A stretch of DNA of 17,071 bases from Octopus sinensis (GCF_006345805.1 NW_021824890.1:1-17071), one strand, 5' to 3'. Counted from the stretch's first letter, positions 1-8,193 are shown. The notes: generated by a model not told the origin, from the sequence alone. Translations and numbers: made by a program.

Positions 1-812
1 TTATACTCGAGGATTACGATACCCAGCTGATCTTCGGCAGTAGAGAAAGCATGCCATTGAAAAGTTTCGATTATGGTGACAAAAAGAGTTTTAAAACATA
101 ACTGACTGAACAATTAAACGAATGATTAATTAAACAATCAATTAGTTAATTGATTAAATACTTAAATACTTAACCAGTTGATTATTAATAAAGAACTGAA
201 ATAGAACCGTGCGTGTTTTTATTATTGACGCTCCAGAAATAGAACAGTATATATTTATATTCTGTAAAAATCTAGTCGATCAAATGGAATCGCTAAGAAA
301 TAGTGCTACCGACTGAAACTACAGAAATAAATTAATTTTCTAAAAATAATTCGAACTCAAAAAAGATAATCTAAATTATTATTTTTTTTCTTTGGAATTA
401 CAAAAATTAATTTTAACTTGAAAATGTGATATTTGTCCATGGCTGCAATGATTTTTTGACTCTGAAATTGTCTTTTGTAGAAAGCAATTAAATTAACAAC
501 GATATTGGACAATGAAAACATGTTATTCTCGAAACTTTAAAAACATTTGTTTCTGTTACTCTGAGTAGATAAATCTACGATGTAAATATTAACAAATCTA
601 TAATTTATTGGTGGGGAAAAAAAAACTATAATTTACAGATGTAAGTTTGTTTAAAATGAAATGAGTTATGTAAAAGTTAGAGATTTACATATAACGAATC
701 GAAGATTTAATCAACTGCTTCTAGCACGCGAGAATTGCGCCAAATTTAGAAAGAATTATCATCATCATCATTTCCATCATCATTATTATTATAATAAATA
801 TTATTATCGTTA

Positions 813-1110
813 GAGGCACAATGGCCCAGTGTTTAGAGCGCTCGGACGATCGCGGTTTCCATTCCCAGACCGGACATTGTGTGTGTTTATTGAGCGAAAA
901 CACCTAAAAGCTCCACGTGGCTCCGGCAGGTCGGGGGTGGCAAACCCTGCTGTATACTTTCGCCCCAACGTTTTCTCACTCTTTCTTCCCGTTTCTTGAG
1001 TAACGCTGCGATGGCATGGCGTCCCGTCCAGCTGGGGGGAACACATATGCCACAGAAATCGGGAAACCGGGCCCATGAGCCTGGCTAGGCTTGAAAAGGG
1101 CGCATAAATA
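813..1110 (+). mobile_element. tRNA-derived SINE, family B (variant tail 1)
   Basis: Head GAGGCACAATGGCCCAGTG with A-box-like 822-831 and B-box-like GGTTTCCATTCC 854-865. The body (TGTGTGTTTATTGAGCGAAAACACCTAAAAGCTCCACG) aligns by eye to the minus-strand copies at 2250-2359 and 12094-12368. A-rich end. Confidence 0.8.
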
Positions 1111-1111
1111 A

Positions 1112-1177
1112 AAATACTTAGTGGTATTTCGTCCATATGTACGTTCAGAGTACGAAATCCGCCGAGGTCGACTTTAC

Positions 1178-1181
<4 letters not shown>
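1112..1181 (+). mobile_element. SINE family A internal fragment
   Basis: AAATACTTAGTGGTATTTCGTC...ACGTTCAGAG...TCCGCCGAGGTCGACTTTACCTT matches the full-length family A copies (11839-12071); truncated by (TA)n. Confidence 0.75.

Positions 1182-1251
<70 letters not shown>
1181..1251. repeat. (TA)n microsatellite
   Basis: Directly visible, one interruption. Confidence 0.98.
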
Positions 1252-1252
<1 letters not shown>

Positions 1253-1632
1253 GAGCAAAACGCCCCCCGTCCAACGGATGGTGCTGAGTTGTCAAACATT
1301 TAAACCAAAGTTCCTCGAAACAACTTGTCCGACCGTCCCATAGGCCTCCCCTTTGAGAAACACTGATTTAACCTAAATTTGAGACACCAGCAAAAGAAAA
1401 AATAAAGATAGACTTTTTTCTATTCCAAGAAAAACGATTTTACAAATGCACGTTCCCACGGCATTATCGATCGCATTCTCACCTGGAATCGATTTTTGTA
1501 ATTTTTTCAAGATTTATACACGCCCTTATACCGTCGGTATCTACATATCAAATTTGAGCACAATCGAATGGAGGATGTCCAAGATCCTAGAAGACAACAC
1601 ACAGACAGACATAACGGATTTTCTATAATAGA
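1252..1632 (-). mobile_element. Non-autonomous Helitron-like element
   Basis: On the minus strand it starts A|TCTATTATAG followed by a (GTCT)n-like subterminal repeat. It ends CTCG|T (diverged CTAG), with a short hairpin CCGTC-CAACG-GATGG (1267-1281) about 11 nt inside the end. Inserted between A and T with no TSD. Confidence 0.6.
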
Positions 1633-2087
1633 TAAGTAAACAAACGGAGGTGCGTTGCTCTGGAATGAATATTTCAAACGTTTGTCAGAGAAGGGAAAAG
1701 TAGATGAAACTAGGCGAAGACATAATGGACAGAAAAGGGGAGCAAAAACACGATACAAGGGACATTCGCAGCTGGGTTGAGAAGGATTCTTTGGGGTTTG
1801 AATAAATATTGTATCAAAAGCAAAGTTTGAAGGAAGGAAGTATCAGCCATCTTTCCATACTTTCTCGGGGCAAACAAATAGGAAATAACGTTTGCTTCGT
1901 AAGGACAAAAATCATAATATAATGTAATATATGTTTAAACTTCCATGTTTGAAAAGCGCTTATTGTCATATATAGGCATGTTTACAAATTCTACATACAA
2001 TAAGAAAGATGTTTATTAGAGATTATAAGAAAAATCTAAAGAAATATGGAGTAGTTTTCCCCAATAAGTAATATTTGCTTAATAGGA

Positions 2088-2244
2088 GACGGTGAGCTGG
2101 CAGGATTAGCGGCATTTAGTCTGTCTTCACGTTCTGAGTTCAAATTCTGCCGGGGTTAACTTTGCCTCTCATCCTTTCGGAGTCGATATAATATGTACCA
2201 GTTGCTTACTGGGGGCGATATAATGGACGCGAAATTGCTGGCCT
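2088..2244 (+). mobile_element. SINE family A, diverged and internally deleted (older tail type)
   Basis: GGTGAGCTGGCAG head, GAGTTCAAATTC B-box, TCATCCTTTCGGAGTCGAT central block, AAATTGCTGGCCT tail. Confidence 0.8.
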
Positions 2245-2249
2245 CCGAC

Positions 2250-2359
2250 TGGAGCTTAGGTGTTTCGCTCATAAACCACATACATCACCCGGTCTGAGAT
2301 TCGAACCCGAGATCCCTCGACTGCGAATCCGCTGCTCTAACCACTAGGCCATGTGCCCC
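2250..2359 (-). mobile_element. SINE family B 5' part
   Basis: The reverse complement reads GGCACATGGCCTAGTGGTTAGAGCAGCGGA...GGGTTCGAATCTC (A- and B-boxes); closely similar to 12257-12368. Confidence 0.85.
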
Positions 2360-2386
2360 TACTATATGCTTAGTATACAATCGTAT

Positions 2387-2540
2387 GACGGCGAACTTGA
2401 AGAATCCTTAGCGCTTCGGACAAAATGCTTAGCAGCATACCTCCCGGCTCTTTACGCTAAGTTCAAATCCCTCTGTTGCCAGCTTTTTTTTCAAGGTTAG
2501 ATAAACTGAAATATCAGACAAGTACCGAAATCGAAGTGAA
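2387..2540 (+). mobile_element. SINE family A, highly diverged
   Basis: GACGGCGAACTTGAAGAATCCTTAGCG..GGACAAAATGCTTAGCAGC..AAGTTCAAATCC is colinear with the family A head. Confidence 0.55.
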
Positions 2541-2629
2541 GGAAAGCATCATGTTTTTTTCATCATCCTTCAAATCTTAAGAAGGTCTTTCAGAATTTTA
2601 TAATACCAGATATCGTGGCCTTTTGTAAT
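2539..2629 (-). mobile_element. Short 3' fragment of the same RLE-type LINE as 4495-4814
   Basis: About 90-bp diverged copy of 4495-4586; minus-strand translation LQKATISGIIKF*KTFLRFEG*. Confidence 0.65.
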
Positions 2630-2748
2630 TCATTTACCCCTGTCCTCAGAATTTCCTGGTTTTGAACCCTGCAACGGACCACAGCCCACTTGAGAGGAAT
2701 GGTTGTTTAATTCGGTCGCTATTTACACACCATAGAAACCGAGTAACC

Positions 2749-3080
2749 TATTTCTTTACTACCCTCAAGGGGCTAAACACAGAGAGGACAAACAAGGACA
2801 GACAAACGGATTAGGGTGATTATATCAACCCCAGTGTGTAACTGGTACTTAATTTATCGACCCCGAAAGGATGAAAGGCAAAGTCGACCTCGGCGGAATT
2901 TGAACTCAGAACGCAGCGGCAGACGAAATATCTATTTCTTTATTACCCACAAGGGGCTAAACACAGATGGGACAAACAAGGACAGACCTCGGCGGAATTT
3001 GAACTCAGAACGCAACGGCGGACGAAATACCACAGAGCATTTCGCCCGGTGTGCTAGCGTTTCTGCCAGCTCGCCGCCTT
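2749..3080 (-). mobile_element. SINE family A tandem dimer with 19-bp TSD
   Basis: Two units (2749-2930 and 2931-3080). Flanked by CCATAGAAAC(C/T)GAGTAACC at 2730-2748 and 3083-3101. Confidence 0.92.
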
Positions 3081-3176
3081 CTCCATAGAAACTGAGTAAC
3101 CGTCCTTATGCGTACTAGGACTCGAGAACACAAAAAATGTGCAATCTTAAGAATTCGACATTCTAAGACAGATTTC

Positions 3177-3370
3177 TTCAATAGACGATAAAACCATTTT
3201 GTTGTTGGGTTTTTGTTTTTCCTATTTTATTTCTTATTTCATGCTTTCAGTTTTTCTTAAAGCACTTTTAAGAAGTTCAATAAACGATAAAACCAAGTTT
3301 TGCGCACATTTTGTTTTTTCTTTCATACTTTTTTCGTTTTTCTTACAGTAATTTTTGTGAAGTTCAATCG
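3177..3370 (+). repeat. Degenerate tandem duplication (units of about 99 and 87 bp)
   Basis: TTCAATA(G/A)ACGATAAAACCA at 3177 and 3276; both units end TTTTTCTTA.AG....TTTT..GAAG; a third TTCAAT at 3363. Confidence 0.7.
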
Positions 3371-3591
3371 AATTTTCTCACTCATTCCATTCCACTGACG
3401 TTTTCTTTAGTGAGAAAATTCTGTTAGCATATATTTTAACCACTTATTCTGACTTTCACTTTGTAATGCTAACGTATCGTCTGCACATGATTGTATTCTT
3501 GTGTTATAGTATATTCTTAGTACATAAATTCTGAACTAAATTGTTAAACATTTAAAACTATGCTTGTTGCGTGGGAAACAATGGAGTTCTG

Positions 3592-3722
3592 ATATGTCTA
3601 TGTGGTTATGGTTCCTTTCACCACTCTTTGGTCCCGAGTTCCATATCAGTGTGTGACATTTATTCCCAAGCGTTTCCCAAGAGCCTCGAATTGACAAAGA
3701 CTATATGAATGGAATTTGTACA
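3592..3722 (+). mobile_element. SINE family C head, highly diverged
   Basis: TGTGGTTA...TGGTCCCGAGTTC...AGCCTCG..TTGACAAAGAC...GAATGGAATTTGTA is colinear with the reverse complement of 5635-5761. Confidence 0.45.
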
Positions 3723-3748
3723 TATTTATGTTCTCTTCCTCTATTTAA

Positions 3749-4052
3749 TCTATATATATAAAAGAGGAAATAAACTTGCACGCTTTGGCTTTGGTAAGGA
3801 TTTAATGGCACTAGACGTGCTAGGATTGAGCTGAAAATTTACACACCTATAGAAGGCGCGCTGTAGTTACGGCCAGAGTAGGTTTCAAATCTCTATCTCT
3901 ATAACAAAGGCCTGAAACAATGCATTTTCTGCGAGTGAGTGGATGTCATACCCTATTGCCCGAGTTGTGTTCACGCAACATGTTGGATTCTACAGGTGAC
4001 TGTGTGCGTGTTTGCACGAATGCAACGGGAGAATGGGGTGAAAACACGTTCA
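3749..4052 (+). mobile_element. Helitron-like element, 5' portion
   Basis: Starts A|TCTATATATATAAAA; GGATTGAGCTGAAAATTTACACAC resembles the subterminal motif of small Helitrons. No 3' end of its own before the next element. Confidence 0.5.
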
Positions 4053-4056
4053 TCTA

Positions 4057-4448
4057 TCTATATATATAAAGCTGAAGTTGTCTGTGTATGGCAGGTTTGG
4101 TAGCCTTCAACTAAACACTATCTCCTTCGAGACCCTACGGCGCAAGTTGAACAAAATTGAGAGTATGATAGAAGAAGGCTTGCTCTTCATTCCGTAGAAG
4201 ATAAAATTCAAATCGGACAATGTTAAGACCAAATATTATTTACATCAAAAAGGTGCTTTTTTTTCTATGAAAATCCCTATTTTGTACGATATTTTGACTG
4301 CTGTGTCGCCATTTTTCAGTGTATTTCAACAAAAAAAAGGTTCACTTAAAGAGAATAACAAGCTACATAATGCAAAATTTTTACTTTTCAAAAATTCCAA
4401 TTCTAAAGGGTCGAAACAAACCCGAGCAACGCCGGGTGATACTGCTAA
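4057..4448 (+). mobile_element. Non-autonomous Helitron
   Basis: 5' A|TCTATATATATAAAG; 3' hairpin ACCCG-AGCAACGC-CGGGT (4420-4437), then CTAA|T (CTRR) at 4445-4448; no TSD. Confidence 0.8.
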
Positions 4449-4494
4449 TTTATAATAGATTTAGAGCGGCTATCTCCATCATAGTAAGGTTGTA

Positions 4495-4814
4495 AAGGAA
4501 AGCATTTTGTTTTGTTCATCATCCTTTAAATCTTAAGAAAGCTCTTGCACAATTTTATAATCCCAGGTATCGTGGACTTTTGTAATGTATGAATTGAGTA
4601 TTGGTGCTCTCTCCACAAGAATCCAGTTTTCAACCATGCTCTGCTCCAGAAGGTTTAGTATGTATTCTATTACACTTAAAATGTATCTTGGGTCCCTAAT
4701 TGGCAAACCGGTTATGGATTGCCCAGAGATGTCCTCTTTCTTTTATAATCATCGAACTACATTAGTGTCCATAGGGCAGCTGATCTCTATAACAGAACAT
4801 ATTTTTCCTTTGTG
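4495..4814 (-). pseudogene. Fossil non-LTR retrotransposon ORF C-terminus, restriction-like endonuclease (R4/Dong-like), plus start of the 3' UTR
   Basis: Manual translation of 4814->4526 with one frameshift: HKGKICSVIEISCPMDTNVVR*L*KKEDISGQSITGLPIRDPRYILSVIEYILNLLEQSM/LKTGFLWREHQYSIHTLQKSTIPGIIKLCKSFLKI*. It resembles the I(D/E)xxxPxDxN...K...LQK...G..KI pattern of RLE-LINE C-termini. Confidence 0.75.
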
Positions 4815-4959
4815 AACACAAGGGCTGATCGTGTCTCTCTCTCTCTCACTTTCTCTGTATACATATATCCCCCTTACCCCACCCTCTTCTCTCATCTCCT
4901 CTCCCTACACTACACCATACGACTTTACTCTCTCATACACACACACACACACACACACT

Positions 4960-5297
4960 CTTATGTTGGAGCGAGGTCATTTAACCCTATTATCTCCCCT
5001 AATTTCGCTCTTGCGTCTCACGTTTGATCTTTGACTTCTGGCCGAAATCAGATCGCCATGTTGATTCGCTAGCCTCTGCACGCATTTCTTTTTTCTCTCC
5101 TTCTTTCTGTGTTTTTTTTCTCTGTGTATCTTTCTGTTGAAGAGCGTAGGCTCGAAACGTTTAAGACTTGTTTTATTTATATTTCCTGAGCGCCATACTA
5201 ATACAATTGTTTGTTTGTATTCCACCTGCCTTCGTCTTCTGTTTATTTCCGTAAACCTGTCTTCGTCTTTTGTCTATTTTCATAAAGCTTCCCGTTA
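4960..5297 (+). mobile_element. Putative Penelope-like (pseudo-LTR) non-autonomous segment
   Basis: Pyrimidine-rich segment that ends at (TA)n. It contains a minimal hammerhead-like motif at 5129-5166 and a 31-bp internal tandem duplication at 5224-5285. The classification rests on the ribozyme motif only. Confidence 0.5.
5129..5166 (+). ncRNA. Minimal type I hammerhead-ribozyme-like motif (variant core)
   Basis: TCTTT-CTGTTGA-A-GAGC-GTAG-GCTC-GAAAC-GT-T-TAAGA: perfect 4-bp stem II, GAAAC, palindromic ACGT stem III and partial stem I. Core A6 is replaced by U. Confidence 0.5.
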
Positions 5298-5316
5298 TAT
5301 ATATATATATATATTG

Positions 5317-5555
5317 TTTTCTTTTATTTTATTTGTTTCAGTCATTTGACTGCGGCCATGCTGGAGCACCGCCTTTAGTCGAGCAAATCGACCGCAGGAC
5401 TTATTCTTTAGAAGCCTAGCACTTATTCCATCGGTCTCTTTTACCGAACCGCTAAGTTACCGGGACGTAAATACACCAGCATCGGTTGTCAAGCGATGTT
5501 GGGGGGACACACACAAAACACACACACACACACACACCACATATATATATATACA

Positions 5556-5586
<31 letters not shown>

Positions 5587-5761
5587 TATAATATATATAT
5601 ATAAACATATATACGACGGGCTTCTTTCAGTTTCCATCTACCAAGTCCACTCAAAAGGCTTTGGTCGGCCCGAGGCTATAGTAGAAGACACTTGTCCAAG
5701 GTGCCCCGCAGTGGGAATGAAACCAAAACCATGTGGTTGGTAAGGAAGCTACTTACCACAC
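5317..5761 (-). mobile_element. tRNA-derived SINE family C (CORE-like block, internal microsatellite)
   Basis: Minus strand: GTGTGGTAAG..GGTTTCATTCCC B-box, GGCACCTTGGACAAGTGTCTTC CORE-like block, (AT)/(GT) tract at 5507-5613, tail CATGGCCGCAGTCAAATGACTGAAACAAATAAAA. Homologous to 10897-11072. Confidence 0.9.
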
Positions 5762-6150
5762 ATTGGTTATATTGAAGTATCTCTTGTTATGGCTTCTAAA
5801 CGATTTGCTCATATATGAAATAACAAGTATTAAACTGACGAATCATAAATCCAAGAATTTTACACCAATGTCATTTTGACGAAGTCACCTGTGCCATTTT
5901 TATGCCATTCTACCTATCAGGTATCAAATATCGATTGCATATCAACGTCAATATAATAATGTTATTAGGAATAATCGATCTCATTTGATTTGTAACATCG
6001 CTAATTTTCTTTCTTTTTTCATCGATATAAGCAGTCTTAAATATATCGATCTTGCCATCTTGTCGACGTCTACTAGATCCGATCACGTTGCTTCTGTGAC
6101 CCAGATCAAATCTGATCGAAATTTTTTCAAACCGCAAAATATCCCTCCTT

Positions 6151-6240
6151 TCTCTCTCTCACACTTTCTCTCTCTCTCATCCCTTCTCTCTCTCTCTGTC
6201 ACACACGCACTCTCTCCCTCTCCCTCTCTCTCTCTATCTC
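6151..6240. repeat. (CT)n low-complexity tract
   Basis: Directly visible. Confidence 0.9.
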
Positions 6241-6338
6241 CGTCCCTTTGTTTATAGTGGAGAGGGGAGGGGTTTGAGGGGGGCTTGGGTTGCTAGGTAT
6301 AAGGGAGAGGACTGACATCTCTAATTTGCTTCTTTGCT

Positions 6339-6505
6339 TTATCTTTATTATCTCTCTTGTTTCAGTCATCGGATTACGGTCATGCTGGGGCATCACCTTA
6401 AAGACTTGCATCTTTTAAGTCGAGCCGAGCAATTATTTTAAATCAAGTAATCGGTCACTTTAGTTTTTACGAGGTACGCAAACCAACCTACAACTTCATA
6501 TAAGC
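6339..6505 (-). mobile_element. SINE family C 3' half, diverged
   Basis: CTTGTTTCAGTCATCGGATTACGGTCATGCTGGGGCATCACC aligns to 5332-5373. Confidence 0.7.
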
Positions 6506-6657
6506 ATATATACATGCACACACGCACACACACACACACACATACACACCACACACACATATATATATATATGTGTGTGTGTGTGTGTATGTGTGTGTGT
6601 GTGTGTGTGTGTGCGTGTGTGCATGTATATATGCTTATATGAAGTTGTAGGTTGGTT
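6481..6657. repeat. Palindrome centred on (AT)7
   Basis: 6481-6525 is the exact reverse complement of 6613-6657 (45 bp); the inner (CA)n/(TG)n tracts also mirror each other. Confidence 0.95.
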
Positions 6658-6714
6658 ATATATATATATAATATGATATATATATATATATATATATTAG
6701 ATAGATAGATAGAC

Positions 6715-6762
<48 letters not shown>

Positions 6763-6767
6763 AGAGA
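6658..6767. repeat. Compound (TA)n-(TAGA)n-(GA)n microsatellite
   Basis: Directly visible. Confidence 0.95.
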
Positions 6768-6768
6768 T

Positions 6769-6863
6769 GGATGAAATGCAAAGTCGACCTCGGCGGAATT
6801 TGAACTCAGAACGTAACGCCTGATGTAATATGGCGCGCTAACGTTTCTGCCAGCTCGCCGCTT
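6769..6863 (-). mobile_element. SINE family A 5' fragment
   Basis: CAAAGTCGACCTCGGCGGAATTTGAACTCAGAACGTAACG...GCTAACGTTTCTGCCAGCTCGCCGC, with an internal deletion. Confidence 0.88.
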
Positions 6864-7073
6864 TAGATTTGATAAATACCCTTAGAAGTCGGAAAGAGGT
6901 AGCCAGCATGTCGCTTCTAAGAGTAATTACGCGATCTTCTACGCTGCTTTTGCAGTCATTCTGCGTTCGGTATTTCCTTTATTTTCTGTTAAATCCCACC
7001 TCACTCGGCGGTTCTAAATTTCCCCATAATATATTATACACTATGAGCAAACGTGCATATATAAATACAGTCG

Positions 7074-7112
<39 letters not shown>

Positions 7113-7116
<4 letters not shown>

Positions 7117-7422
7117 CAAATTAATAATAAAACATATGCATATATACATACATATAGTACGTACCTACATCTACATGTAATATACATGCATATATGGGTA
7201 CAGGACACCCCCAAAAAGTCGAACACAATGAGAAACGAAAACTAAACACAAAACCAAGGAAATGGACATTTTTCTTAAACAACGAAAAAATAGAGTACAG
7301 GACATACAATACAGGAAAATTCCCCTCTTCAGTCGCCTTTGGTTCATCTACTCCGCGTTCCGAAGGTAGGTACGTACATATATGTATTATATATGCATGT
7401 TGTTTATTTACTAATTTGTTAT
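7113..7422. repeat. Imperfect inverted repeat, arms 7113-7168 and 7366-7422
   Basis: ATAACAAATTA...ATGCATATATA...GTACGTACCTAC versus GTAGGTACGTAC...TATATATGCAT...TAATTTGTTAT. Confidence 0.85.
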
Positions 7423-7466
7423 TATACGACGGAACGCACACATCCATTTCTCAGTAAGTTTTATCA

Positions 7467-7511
<45 letters not shown>

Positions 7512-7514
7512 ATT

Positions 7515-7599
7515 ATACTAAGCAATAAAGGGTTTAGCAAACGAATTGCTTACCACATACCGAAGGCAATTCGTTGCTAAACCCTTTATTGCTTAGTAT
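7515..7599. repeat. Near-perfect hairpin (34-bp stem, one bulged A, 16-nt loop)
   Basis: 7515-7549 versus 7566-7599. Confidence 0.95.
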
Positions 7600-7793
7600 T
7601 ACTTAAATTTTCCTCGAATGAGGCTTTTACATGCCGAAGACTACTTGGTGTAATTGATAATTATCCAAATTAATTATTTCACCTTCATTATTACGATAAC
7701 TATATATATATATATATTATATATATATATAAATATATATATATAAGTATAGGAAATGAAGCTGAGCGAAGATTTAACACTATCCTTTATTTT

Positions 7794-7878
7794 ATTTTCG
7801 ACATATTTTTGAAGTCTGCAAAATCCCTAATTCCGAATGAATAAGGAGTCCATTATGCAGATTTCTCTTCAGGAAAAT
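7794..7878 (-). ncRNA. Degenerate type I hammerhead-ribozyme-like motif
   Basis: Minus strand: ATTTTC-CTGAAGA-GAAATCTGCA-(35 nt)-TGCAGACTTC-AAAAATAT-GTC-GAAAAT. 6-bp stem I, intact CUGANGA, 9/10-bp stem II and GUC triplet; GAAA appears as AAAA. Confidence 0.5.
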
Positions 7879-7951
7879 CCAGGAACTTCTTTCGCCACCA
7901 AATGCACAACAGTTTTACGAATTATCCGTAATAAGATAATTCGTTTATCTA

Positions 7952-7953
<2 letters not shown>

Positions 7954-8007
<54 letters not shown>

Positions 8008-8131
8008 CACACACACACCCATATATATATATATATATATATCAAATAAAATTTATAATTTAACCTTTAAAGGTAATTTTAATATGCTGGCTATTGATAG
8101 AATTTTTTTCGAAAAATCTATCCTATATTAG

Positions 8132-8192
<61 letters not shown>
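7954..8192. repeat. Two (TA)n tracts (7954-8042, 8138-8192) with an AT-rich spacer
   Basis: Directly visible; further (TA)n tracts at 7079-7114, 7469-7512 and 7701-7745. Confidence 0.95.

Positions 8193-8193
<1 letters not shown>

Noticed and set aside
100-190. TAAT/TTAA-dense stretch as a homeodomain site cluster
   Set aside because: Better explained as a decayed tetranucleotide-like AT-rich repeat.
7315-7365. Minus-strand GGAACGCG...CTGAAGAGGGG as a permuted hammerhead
   Set aside because: GAAA is absent and the stems cannot be formed convincingly.
7612-7645. GAATGA-GGC-loop-GCC-GAAGAC as a third hammerhead
   Set aside because: Both core boxes are broken and there is no convincing stem I.
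8061-8122. Short palindromes ACCTTTAAAGGT and TTTTTCGAAAAA
   Set aside because: Short and AT-rich; compatible with chance in this composition.
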